64,000 bases of DNA from an uncultured Solirubrobacteraceae bacterium (GTDB taxonomy: Bacteria > Actinomycetota > Thermoleophilia > Solirubrobacterales > Solirubrobacteraceae): positions 158,370 through 222,369 of the forward strand of contig CAVQBC010000005.1 in NCBI GenBank assembly GCA_963710665.1, given 5' to 3'. Each line of letters opens with the position of its first letter. The first letter of the stretch is position 1. The notes below the pieces were generated by a model that was given only the letters and a program-made list of their open reading frames with translations, was not told where the DNA came from and searched no databases. Positions 1 to 9,657 of the stretch are shown here, one piece after another. The translations under genes and the position numbers were made by a program.

Positions 1-103
1 TCCCGGCGGTCCCGACCGGCACGAGGCCCGGCTCGGAGCGCAGCAGCAGGCTGAGCCCCGCGCGGGCGGCGGGCTGGCTGTCGACGACGATGATCCTGGT
101 CAC
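1..103 (-). CDS. response regulator, N-terminal receiver fragment (gene continues past the window start)
   Basis: Reverse strand from GTG at 101-103 reads VTRIIVVDSQPAARAGLSLLLRSEPGLVPVGTAG, a typical start for a NarL/LuxR-class receiver domain. It runs off the window edge, so it is absent from the ORF track. Confidence 0.5.
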   Translation of the reverse strand, partial: MTRIIVVDSQPAARAGLSLLLRSEPGLVPVGTAG

Positions 104-159
104 GGGGGCCACGTTCCCATCGGGGTCTTAGCCATGGGTAAACCTCCTGTGAGAGGCGC

Positions 160-939
160 ATGAGAGCGCCCGCTACCGTGCCTGCGGTGGCATTTCGCAA
201 CGGATCGACCGTCCCGCCGGCGCTCGCGCTCGAGGGCCTGACCAAGCGCTACGACGACGGGCTGCTCGCGCTCGACCGCGTCGACATGGTCGTGCCCGAC
301 GGCGAGTTCTTCGGCCTGCTGGGCCCCAACGGGGCGGGCAAGACCACGCTGATCTCGGCCGTGTGCAACCTGATCCGCGCGACCGCCGGCACCGCCCGCG
401 TGTTCGGCCATCCGCACGACTCGCTCGAGGCGCGCCGGCTGGTCGGCCTCGCCGAGCAGGACGTCAACCTCGACCGCTTCCTCGACGTCTCCGAGACGCT
501 GCTCTACCACGGCGGCTACTACGGCATGAGCCGCGCGCAGGCCCGCCGCCGGGCGCACGAGATGATGGACGTCTTCGACCTGCGGGGGAAGGCCGAGACG
601 CGCGCGCCGCGGCTGTCGGGCGGCATGCGCCGGCGCCTGCTCCTCGCCCGCGCGCTGATGCACGAGCCGCGCCTCGTGATCCTCGACGAGCCGACCGCCG
701 GCGTCGACTACGAGCTGCGCCTCGAGCTGTGGCGCTACATCCGCCGGCTGCACGAGACGGGCACGACGATCCTGCTCACCACGCACTACCTCGAGGAGGC
801 CGAGGAGCTGTGCGAGGAGATCGCGCTCATCCGCGACGGGCGGATCATCGCGCGCGACTCGGCGCACGGGCTGCGCGCCGCCTACGCGGCCGACTCGCTC
901 GCCGCCGTCTACGTCAAGGCGATGGCGCCCGCGCCCTGA
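160..939 (+). CDS. ABC transporter ATP-binding protein (ABC-2/DrrA-like exporter type)
   Basis: Walker A GPNGAGKTT, signature LSGGMRRRL and Walker B LVILDEPT are present. GAGAGG lies upstream of the ATG. Confidence 0.9.
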   Translation: MRAPATVPAVAFRNGSTVPPALALEGLTKRYDDGLLALDRVDMVVPDGEFFGLLGPNGAGKTTLISAVCNLIRATAGTARVFGHPHDSLEARRLVGLAEQDVNLDRFLDVSETLLYHGGYYGMSRAQARRRAHEMMDVFDLRGKAETRAPRLSGGMRRRLLLARALMHEPRLVILDEPTAGVDYELRLELWRYIRRLHETGTTILLTTHYLEEAEELCEEIALIRDGRIIARDSAHGLRAAYAADSLAAVYVKAMAPAP

Positions 940-946
940 GGCGCCG

Positions 947-1849
947 ATGACCGCGACCGCGGCCTCAGGCGCCGAGCGCCGGGGCGGCACGCCCGCCGCC
1001 GTCGCGATGGTGCTCGCCGCGGTCGGCTCGCTGCAGTTCGGCGCGGCGTTCGCCGCGACGCTGTTCGACGAGCTCGGCCCGGGCGGCGCCGCCTTCCTGC
1101 GCCTCGCGCTCGCGGCGGTGATCCTGATGGCGCTGTGGCGTCCCCGCCTGCGCGGCCGCTCCGCCGCCGACCTGCGCGTGGCGGTGGCCTTCGGCCTCGT
1201 GCTCGGCGGGATGAACTGGGCGATCTACGAGTCGTTCTCGCGCATCCCGCTCGGGATCGCGGTCACGATCGAGTTCGTGGGGCCGCTGGGCGTGGCCGTG
1301 GCGGGCTCGCGGCGCGCGCTCGACCTGCTGTGGGTCGTGCTCGCGGCGGCCGGCATCCTGCTGCTCGCCGACCGGGGCGGGGGCGGCGGCCTCGACCCGC
1401 TCGGCATCGTGCTCGCGCTCGTGGCGGGGTGCTGCTGGGCCGCCTACATCCTGCTCAGCGCCCGCACCGGCCGCCGCTTCCCGGGCGGCCACGGCCTCGC
1501 CCTGGCGATGGTGGTGGGCGCCCTGCTGACGCTCCCCGCCGGCGTCGTCCAGGCCGGCGACGCGCTGCTCGACCCGCGGCTCCTCGCGGGCGGGCTCGTG
1601 GTGGCGATCGCCTCCTCGGTGCTGCCGTACTCGCTCGAGCTCGAGGCGCTGCGGCGGCTGCGGGCCGCGGTGTTCGGCGTGCTGATGTCGCTCGAGCCCG
1701 CGATCGCCGCGCTCGCCGGCCTGGTCGTCCTCGGCCAGGCGCTGGGCGCCGGCGAGCTCGTCGCGATCGCGCTGGTGCTGGCCGCCAGCGCCGGGGCGAC
1801 GCTGACCCCGCGGCGCCCGGACGCCGGCGCCGCGGAACCCGTCGTCTAG
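947..1849 (+). CDS. rhtA: EamA/DMT family transporter, RhtA-like (threonine/homoserine exporter type)
   Basis: About 10 predicted TM segments. The segment LGIAVTIEFVGPLGVAVAGSRRALDLLWVVLAAAGILLL closely parallels E. coli RhtA as I recall it ([36 protein letters not shown]). Confidence 0.75.
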   Translation: MTATAASGAERRGGTPAAVAMVLAAVGSLQFGAAFAATLFDELGPGGAAFLRLALAAVILMALWRPRLRGRSAADLRVAVAFGLVLGGMNWAIYESFSRIPLGIAVTIEFVGPLGVAVAGSRRALDLLWVVLAAAGILLLADRGGGGGLDPLGIVLALVAGCCWAAYILLSARTGRRFPGGHGLALAMVVGALLTLPAGVVQAGDALLDPRLLAGGLVVAIASSVLPYSLELEALRRLRAAVFGVLMSLEPAIAALAGLVVLGQALGAGELVAIALVLAASAGATLTPRRPDAGAAEPVV

Positions 1850-1861
1850 CCTGGCTGGCCG

Positions 1862-2638
1862 ATGTCGTCCCTGATCGCCGCCCACCGCGGGCTGATCGCC
1901 CTCTCCTCGCGCGAGGTCGCGCGCGTCCTCAAGCTGTGGACGCAGACGGTCGCCGCGCCGATCATCTCCAGCGCGCTGTTCATCCTCGTGTTCGGCCTGT
2001 CGCTCGGCGGGCGCATCCGCGAGGTCCACGGGGTGCCCTACGAGCAGTTCATCGTGCCTGGGCTGATCGCGATGGGCATGGCCCAGGCGGCCTACGCGAA
2101 CAACTCCTCGAGCGTCTTCCAGGCCCGCTTCGACCGCTACCTCAACGACGTGCTCGCCGCGCCGATGCGCGGCTGGGAGGTCAACCTCGGCCTCAACCTC
2201 GGGGGCGTGGTGCGCGCGCTGCTGATCGGCGGCGGGCTGTTCGCGGTCGCGGTGCCGCTCACCGGCGTGCCGGTGCGCGAGCCCCTCGTGCTCGTCCTCT
2301 CCATCGTGCTGCTGCTGGCGCTGTTCTGCTCGTTCGGCGTCGTGGTCGGGGTGTACGCCGAGTCGTGGGACCAGTCGGCGTTCGTGACCAACCTCGTGAT
2401 CCTGCCGCTGTCGTTCCTGGGCGGCGTCTTCTACTCGATCGACTCGCTGCCCTCGCCGTGGCAGGAGATCTCGCACGCCAACCCGATCTTCTATCTGATC
2501 AACGCGGTGCGGGCCGGCTTCTTGGGGACGGCGGACGTGTCGGTCGCCCTCTCGCTGGCGGTGACCGCGGTGATCGCGGCCGCGTCCGTCGCCTGGAGCG
2601 TGTGGCTGTTCGCCACCGGGCGGCGGCTGAAGCCCTAG
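1862..2638 (+). CDS. ABC-2 type transporter permease
   Basis: 258 aa with six hydrophobic segments and a typical ABC-2 N-terminus (SREVARVLKLWTQTVAAPIISSALFILVFG). Probable partner of the ATPase at 160-939. Confidence 0.85.
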   Translation: MSSLIAAHRGLIALSSREVARVLKLWTQTVAAPIISSALFILVFGLSLGGRIREVHGVPYEQFIVPGLIAMGMAQAAYANNSSSVFQARFDRYLNDVLAAPMRGWEVNLGLNLGGVVRALLIGGGLFAVAVPLTGVPVREPLVLVLSIVLLLALFCSFGVVVGVYAESWDQSAFVTNLVILPLSFLGGVFYSIDSLPSPWQEISHANPIFYLINAVRAGFLGTADVSVALSLAVTAVIAAASVAWSVWLFATGRRLKP

Positions 2639-3494
2639 GCGGTCCCAGGTCGGCGAGCGCGGCGATGATCCGCCCGGCGGTGGCGGCCATCCGCCCGCCG
2701 GCGTCGGCAGCGGGCTCGTAGGCCGTGACGGCGGCCGCGGCGACCTCGAAGCGGTCGCCGACGGCGGCGAGCGCATCGAGCACCTGGCCGGCGCTCAGCC
2801 CGCCGGGCGCCGCGTAGCGGTTGGCGATCCCCTCCGCGGGGTCGAGCGCGTCGAGGTCGACGTGCAGGTAGACCCGGCCGACCCGGCCGCGCAGGTCGTC
2901 GAGCGCGGCGGCGAGGCCCGCGGCCGAGCACGCGCCGGCGGGCAGCGCCGCGATCCCCGAGCCGCCGAGGCGCTCGCGCTCGTGCGGCTCGAGGTCGCGG
3001 ACGGCCGCGAGCACGACGTCGCGCTCGGGGACCGGCGCGAGGCCGGGCACCGTGGCGCGCAGCGCCGGCCATCCGCGGCCGGTGAGCAGGGCGAGGCCCA
3101 TGGCGTCGAGCGACCCCGAGCGCGAGTCCTCCGGCGTGTCGAGGTCGGCGTGGGCGTCGAGCCAGACGATCCCGAGCCCGTCGGCCCCGACGCCCGCGAC
3201 CGTCCCGAGGCAGCTGTTGCAGTCGCCGGCGAGCACGAGCGGGAACGCGGCCTCGGCGACCGCGTCCCGCACGAGGCCGGCGATCGCGCGCGCGACCGCG
3301 AAGACCCGCGCCGCCTCGGGCGCGCCGGCGTCGGCGGGGCCGGCGACGCGCAGCGACGCCGGGCGCCCGGGGCGGGCGAGCGCGTCCGGGAGCCCGCCCG
3401 CCTCGAGCAGCCGCCCCGGGCCGCGCCCGCGGTCGACCCCGGCCAGCCCGTCGTGGTGCGGCGAGGCGATCAGCCGCAGCTCCCGGCGCCCCAT
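2499..3494 (-). CDS. arginase/agmatinase/formimidoylglutamase family hydrolase (3' end uncertain)
   Basis: Ureohydrolase metal-binding motifs are present: WLDAHADLDTPE, GSLDAMGLA and YLHVDLDALDP. The last ~45 aa are Arg-rich and overlap the convergent permease gene by 140 nt. Confidence 0.75.
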   Translation of the reverse strand: MGRRELRLIASPHHDGLAGVDRGRGPGRLLEAGGLPDALARPGRPASLRVAGPADAGAPEAARVFAVARAIAGLVRDAVAEAAFPLVLAGDCNSCLGTVAGVGADGLGIVWLDAHADLDTPEDSRSGSLDAMGLALLTGRGWPALRATVPGLAPVPERDVVLAAVRDLEPHERERLGGSGIAALPAGACSAAGLAAALDDLRGRVGRVYLHVDLDALDPAEGIANRYAAPGGLSAGQVLDALAAVGDRFEVAAAAVTAYEPAADAGGRMAATAGRIIAALADLGPPRASAAARWRTATRSRRRTRPRSPRSPPARGRPTRPPSPRSRPAPR

Positions 3495-3545
3495 CGGCGG
3501 ATTGTGCCCGGCGCCGGGCGGCTCGCGGCTAGGGCGGCGGCGTGC

Positions 3546-4553
3546 CTACTCCCGCCCGTCGAGCCACTCGCGCATGGAGATCGGGCGCTCCGAGTACTCG
3601 CCGGTCTCGAGCTCCCGCCGCAGCTCGTCGAGCATCCCGAAGCGCTCGGCGACGACGTTGTGCTGGTGGATCGTCTCGAGGTTCTCCTGGCGGGCGGAGA
3701 CGAAGTGGCGGTCGGTGAGATGCCCGAAGGCCTCGACCACGCCGCGCACCATCTCGCGCACGCAGTCCTCGACGAAGCGCGGGCGCCGGTGGGCCTTCTC
3801 GACCACCAGGCCCTCGTCGGAGCGCTTCATGAGCTCGTAGATCTCCGACGACATCGAGGACTCGACGATCTCGAGCAGCGTGAGCGCGTTGATGTCCGTC
3901 TCGCAGTTCTCGGGGCAGCCGATGTACAGCGTGCCGAGCCCGCGCTGGTTGTGGGTCGCCACGGGGACCGCGGCGAGGATGCGGCCGATCTCCTCCTCGG
4001 AGAAGCCGTCCTCGAGCAGCCGCTCGCGCGAGCGCGCCGCGACGAGCGTCTGCGCGCACGGGCACGCCGTCATCCCCTGCGCGGTCACGCCGCTCAGCCG
4101 GCGCGTGCCGGCGGCCGACGCGACGGCGACGCCGTGCAGCGAGTAGATCTCCTGGGTGAGGATGCCCGACTCGGGCGCCGGCTTGTGCTCCGGGTAGCGC
4201 GCCTCGATGCGCACCTCCGCCCGGCGGGCGCCCTGCCGGTCGCGGACCTTCTCGGCGATGTGCTGCGCGAGCGTCTCGGCGCGGAAGCTCGACTCTCCGA
4301 GCACCACCTCGCCGATCGCGTCGTTGATGACCTCCTCGAACCGCGACATATGGGCCCCCTTCTGCTGGGGCCCGAGGTCGACGAAGCAGTCCAGGCGCGC
4401 CGAATAGAGCTGCTCGGTGCCGTTCTCGGAGATGCGGATGACCTTCTCGACATCGGTGACGCCGACCCGCGAGAGCGAGACCTGGAGGGTCGGCAGCTGG
4501 GACTGGACGTCCTCGACGGCGAAGGTGGTGGGGGTTCGGTCGGACGTTGGCAT
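3546..4553 (-). CDS. folE2: GTP cyclohydrolase FolE2/MptA family (type IB)
   Basis: Only the C-terminal 335 aa of the 570-aa ORF look real, starting at ATG 4551-4553 (MPTSDRT). Family motifs present: EDVQS...VGV, GMTACPCAQ and ATHNQRG. Confidence 0.85.
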   Translation of the reverse strand: MPTSDRTPTTFAVEDVQSQLPTLQVSLSRVGVTDVEKVIRISENGTEQLYSARLDCFVDLGPQQKGAHMSRFEEVINDAIGEVVLGESSFRAETLAQHIAEKVRDRQGARRAEVRIEARYPEHKPAPESGILTQEIYSLHGVAVASAAGTRRLSGVTAQGMTACPCAQTLVAARSRERLLEDGFSEEEIGRILAAVPVATHNQRGLGTLYIGCPENCETDINALTLLEIVESSMSSEIYELMKRSDEGLVVEKAHRRPRFVEDCVREMVRGVVEAFGHLTDRHFVSARQENLETIHQHNVVAERFGMLDELRRELETGEYSERPISMREWLDGRE

Positions 4554-4755
4554 GACGAATGGAGAGTAGCCAGACGGGTGAAAATGGGGTCGCTCTTGCG
4601 CGACAAGGCGGGAATCTTGTGCTATACGAGTTCGTTCAGAGGCGGAACGCCACCCTGGGCGACCACCCGGCGGACAGACGGCTAGCCCATCGCGACCGGT
4701 GTCGCGGCTCGCAGCGAAGCACTGCAAGACATAGCTCAAGGACAGGAGCGACCCC

Positions 4756-5946
<1,191 letters not shown>

Positions 5947-5967
5947 CGCCGGCGGCGCAAACGCCGT

Positions 5968-6007
5968 CCAGACGCCCCGACCGGCCCACGCCGGCCGGGG
6001 CGTCTGG
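5968..6007. terminator. bidirectional hairpin between the convergent sigma and GAF-regulator genes
   Basis: Perfect 12-bp inverted repeat, CCAGACGCCCCG (5968-5979) and CGGGGCGTCTGG (5996-6007), with a 16-nt loop. Confidence 0.55.
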
Positions 6008-6025
6008 CCGTCAGTCCCGGGTCGC

Positions 6026-7393
6026 TCAGGCTTCGACCGGCGGGCGCAGCCGGTTCTCGATGCGCTCGCGCGCCTCGATGATCAGCGGCGCCTTGGAGCG
6101 CTCGAGGAGGGGACCCGGGTGGAGCTCGGCGGCGGCCTCCTCCTCGCCCTCGTCGAGCAGGCGCTCGACGTCGAGGAAGTCCGCCTCGACGTCGGCGACG
6201 AGCCGGTACGGGTCCGCCATGAGCAGGCAGCCGAGCAGCTTGCGCAGGCGCGACATCTCGGCGCGGACGGACACGCTCTTGGCGTTGGAGCCGTAGATCT
6301 GCGTCGCCAGGTCCTTGCCGCTCATCCCCTCGGGATTCAGCGCGAGCAGCGTGAGGATCTCGCTGTGGCGCGGGCTCAGCTCGACGGTGCCGCCGCCCTG
6401 CGAGAGCGTGGCGCGCCGGCGGCCGAGCCCCTCCAGCCGGAGGGCGGCCTTGGGCGGCTCGCTCGAGCTGCCGACCTTCCACACGATCGAGGCCTGGCCG
6501 CTGTCGAGCGGCTCGGCGACCGCGCCGACGCCGGAGGACAGCGTGAAGCGTCCGCCCTCGGGTGGGACGTCGATGTGGTCTCCGAGCCAGCCCGGCGGGC
6601 TCGAGACCACCACGCGCCCGGACTTGTCGACCAGCCCGCTCGCCTGCTTGGAGCCGCGGGTCACGAGCGCGAGGTAGCGGGCGCGGTGATGCTCGTCCTC
6701 GCGCGCGGCCTCGAGCGCCAGGTGGCTCTCGGCGGCGCGCGCGATCGCGGTGATCAGCGAGAGGCTGTGAGGGTGGGCGGTCCGGAAGCTGCCCGACAGG
6801 TTGACCGCGCCGAGGAGCCTGCCGGTGGCCGGATCGTGGATCGGCGCCGCGGCGCACGTCCAGCCGTGGAGCATGCTGCAGAAGTGCTCGGCGGAGAACA
6901 CCTGCACGGGGTGGTCGAGCACCAGCGTGGTGCCCACGGCATTGGTCCCGGCGGCGACCTCGCTGCACAGCCCGCCCGGGAGGAAGTGGGCGATGGCGGC
7001 CGCCTCGAGCATCTTGGGATGCCCGTCGGCCCAGAGCAGGAGGCCGCTGGCGTCGCTGAGCACGACCAGGTGCCGTGCGTCATCGGCGACGTCGCCGAGC
7101 ATGCTCTGCAGCAGCGGCAGGACCCGGGAGAGCGGATGCGTCGCGAACCGGTCCGCCGCCTCTGACTCGCTGAGCATCCGCGGCACCGGCCGCGCCGGGT
7201 CGACACCGGCGCTCGCGCATCGCATCCAGGAGTCGAGGACGACCTCGCGCACGATGGCGCGGCCGTCCTGCGACTCGGCGAGCATCTCGGCCGTCACCTG
7301 GCCGCTCAGGACGAGGTCCTGGACCTTGCGGAGCAGCCGGGCCCGCTTCAGCGGGTCACCGTCTATGGGAGCGCCAAGCCACTGGCCGGCCAC
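6026..7393 (-). CDS. GAF-domain transcriptional regulator with C-terminal DNA-binding (winged-helix-like) domain
   Basis: The real gene is the C-terminal 455 aa of the 688-aa ORF. GTG at 7393 is preceded by AAGGAGAG. GAF-like core: HLVVLSDASGLLLW...AAGTNAVGTTL...CAAAPIHD. C-terminal segment: LSPRHSEILTLLALNPEGMSGKDLA...RAEMSRLRKLLG. Confidence 0.7.
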   Translation of the reverse strand: MAGQWLGAPIDGDPLKRARLLRKVQDLVLSGQVTAEMLAESQDGRAIVREVVLDSWMRCASAGVDPARPVPRMLSESEAADRFATHPLSRVLPLLQSMLGDVADDARHLVVLSDASGLLLWADGHPKMLEAAAIAHFLPGGLCSEVAAGTNAVGTTLVLDHPVQVFSAEHFCSMLHGWTCAAAPIHDPATGRLLGAVNLSGSFRTAHPHSLSLITAIARAAESHLALEAAREDEHHRARYLALVTRGSKQASGLVDKSGRVVVSSPPGWLGDHIDVPPEGGRFTLSSGVGAVAEPLDSGQASIVWKVGSSSEPPKAALRLEGLGRRRATLSQGGGTVELSPRHSEILTLLALNPEGMSGKDLATQIYGSNAKSVSVRAEMSRLRKLLGCLLMADPYRLVADVEADFLDVERLLDEGEEEAAAELHPGPLLERSKAPLIIEARERIENRLRPPVEA

Positions 7394-7545
7394 GGATCGT
7401 CTCTCCTTGTGCTGCGCTGCACGTCTCCTCCGTCCTCGCCTATTTTCCAGGCACTCGCGCGCAGCAAACCGGATCCGCACGCGGCATCGACCGGAAACAT
7501 GACCGCTGCGCTCCCACGCCCCGCGGCGGTCGCGTCGGGCTGCGC

Positions 7546-8058
7546 CTAGGCCTCGACACCGCCGGCGAACGGGTGCCTTGCGGCGGGTTCCTCCGCCACC
7601 ACGGTGTCCGCGCTCGGCTCGTTCGCGAGCGCGCGGGCGATCGACTCCTTGGTGGCGGCGTAGTTGTAGTCGAAGATCTTCTTGTCGTCCGTCGCCTCCC
7701 AGTGGATGAAGATCCCCACGATCAAGCAGAGGTCGTCGGCGTCCTGCGCGCTGAGGACGCCCTCGCGGACCGAGTCGACCACGGCGCGCGCCACCGCGGC
7801 CTGGGCGGGGCCGAACATCTGCAGGGCCTGCTTCTCGCCCTTGATCGTGACCTTGTTGGAGATCACCGTGTCGGGCTTGCACGGAAGGTTGGGGGCCACC
7901 ACCGCGAGGAGGTTCGTGTGCCCCTCCTTCTGGTTGACCAGCGAGCTCGCGAACGCGTGACCGGCGGGCCCGTCCTTCGGCCCGATCAGCAGGTCGACGT
8001 GGGCGACCTCGGCGCCGTCTCCGACGAGTGACTCTCCGACCAGCAGTGACCTCGGCAT
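7546..8058 (-). CDS. fae: formaldehyde-activating enzyme (5,6,7,8-tetrahydromethanopterin hydro-lyase family)
   Basis: 170 aa from ATG 8058 with GGAGGG upstream. [28 protein letters not shown]...[13 protein letters not shown]...[10 protein letters not shown]...VGIFIHWEA...HPFA matches the Methylobacterium Fae sequence as I recall it, along its whole length. Confidence 0.85.
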   Translation of the reverse strand: MPRSLLVGESLVGDGAEVAHVDLLIGPKDGPAGHAFASSLVNQKEGHTNLLAVVAPNLPCKPDTVISNKVTIKGEKQALQMFGPAQAAVARAVVDSVREGVLSAQDADDLCLIVGIFIHWEATDDKKIFDYNYAATKESIARALANEPSADTVVAEEPAARHPFAGGVEA

Positions 8059-8193
8059 TCGCTGACCCTCCTGCTCGGGCGATGCCCTCCACATCCCACG
8101 CAACCGCGACCCACGCGGCGCGAGGGGTCGGCCGACCCTACCCACTGGTTGCGCCACTGGCAAGGGATTCGCGCAATTTGCCAGGTTCCGGCC

Positions 8194-9657
8194 CTAGCCC
8201 ACCCGCCGCGCCGGCCTGAGCACGGTGAGCCTGCCGGCGCCGCCCCCGCCGGCCCCGGCCGCGCCGGAGACCACGGCCAGGTAATCCACGCCGCCGATCG
8301 TGTAGACGATCGGCGCCGACGCGTAGCCGGTGTCGAACCGCCGCCGCCAGGCGATCCGGCCGTCGCCGGCGTCGAAGGCGTACAGCGTGCCCGCGGTGTC
8401 GCCCGCGAACACCAGGCCACCCGCGGTGGCGGTCGCGCCGCCGAGCATCGGGGCGTCGACGCACTGCCGCCAGCGCACGCGGCCGCGCTCGAGGTCGATC
8501 GCCGCGAACGTGCCGGCGGGCCGCTCCGCGCCGGTGGCGCCCGTCCCGCCTGGGACCGGCGGGGGCCCGGACACGTACGCCGCGCCGGACCTCGGGCTCA
8601 AGGCCACGGGGGCGGCCGACGACCCCGCGGGGACGCCGGGACAGCGCCGTGCCCGGTCCTCGGGGGTGGGCACCGGGCGGTAGAGCGGGCGCCCCGAGCG
8701 CGCGCTGAGGGCGAGGAAGCGGCCGCCCAGGCCGGCCTGGCCGACCGCGCGCACGCGGCGGCCGTTGGCCTTCGTCTCGAAGATCACCACCGCCGAGCCG
8801 GCGCCGTGGTCCCACGGCTCGTGGTGCAGCCAGTCGACCTCGCCCGTGCGCGCGCGCAGCGCGAGCAGCCCGGCCGGCGAGCGCCCCGCGCGGCGCGGGC
8901 CGGGCGCAGCCCCGCTGGGCGGGCCGCCGGTGCCGGCGTAGAGGATGCCGCGGGTCGTGTCGATCGTCGGCGGTGCCCACACGCCGCCGGTGCGCCGCCG
9001 CCACTCCTCCTCGCCGGTCTCTCCGTCGAACGCGGCCACGAACCCGCGCGCGCCGTCGTCGTCGCGCGTACCGGCCGCGAACGCGACGCCGTCCCACACG
9101 GTCGGCGCGGCCGTGCAGCGGGCGCCGGCGTCCGCGACCCGCGTCCGCCACAGCCGGTGCCCGGTCGCCTCGTCGAGGGCGTGCAGCCGGCAGTCCAGGG
9201 TGAGCGCGTAGACCTTGCCGTCGGCGACCGCCACGGCGCGGTCGGCCGGGAGCGGCACGCCCTGCTCCCCGCGGCGCGACGGGCGGGCGACGTGTCGCCA
9301 GACCAGTCGCCCGGTGGCGGCGTCGAGCGCCAGGACCTCGTCGGCGGGGGTCGTCACGTACATCCGCCGGCCGACCACCACCGGGTGGGTCGCGCGGCCC
9401 GGCGCCCCGCGTCCGGGCCCGCGCCGCCACGCGACCTCGAGTCCGGCCACGGTCGAGGCGCGGATCCGGTCGGCGGGGCTGAAGCGCGTGTTGTCGGCGG
9501 TCTTGCCGAACAGCGGCCAGTCCCCGCCGGAGTGCGAGCCTCCGCGCGCGCCCACGACCGCGACGACGGCGCCGGCCACCACCAGGGTGCCGACGGCGAT
9601 CAGGGCGATCAGGCGGCTGCTCATCGCGCCCCACCGGCCGGGAGCGCGACTGGTCAC
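8194..9657 (-). CDS. PQQ-dependent dehydrogenase-like beta-propeller protein with N-terminal membrane anchor
   Basis: N-terminal TM MSSRLIALIAVGTLVVAGAVVAVVG, then DWPLFGKTADNTRFSP and repeated A.D..TG...W propeller motifs, as in quinoprotein alcohol dehydrogenases. Short (~475-487 aa) and lacks the vicinal Cys-Cys. GTG 9657 overlaps the pqqE stop (GTGA); an alternative ATG is at 9624. Confidence 0.7.
   Translation of the reverse strand: MTSRAPGRWGAMSSRLIALIAVGTLVVAGAVVAVVGARGGSHSGGDWPLFGKTADNTRFSPADRIRASTVAGLEVAWRRGPGRGAPGRATHPVVVGRRMYVTTPADEVLALDAATGRLVWRHVARPSRRGEQGVPLPADRAVAVADGKVYALTLDCRLHALDEATGHRLWRTRVADAGARCTAAPTVWDGVAFAAGTRDDDGARGFVAAFDGETGEEEWRRRTGGVWAPPTIDTTRGILYAGTGGPPSGAAPGPRRAGRSPAGLLALRARTGEVDWLHHEPWDHGAGSAVVIFETKANGRRVRAVGQAGLGGRFLALSARSGRPLYRPVPTPEDRARRCPGVPAGSSAAPVALSPRSGAAYVSGPPPVPGGTGATGAERPAGTFAAIDLERGRVRWRQCVDAPMLGGATATAGGLVFAGDTAGTLYAFDAGDGRIAWRRRFDTGYASAPIVYTIGGVDYLAVVSGAAGAGGGGAGRLTVLRPARRVG

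Noticed and set aside
4554-4755. Possible riboswitch (THF, ZTP or preQ1) in the 200-bp folE2 / sigma-factor divergent leader
   Set aside because: The region is relatively AT-rich and has small hairpins such as GCGAC-cggt-GTCGC. I could not match any riboswitch consensus by eye. A covariance-model scan (Rfam/Infernal) would be needed.
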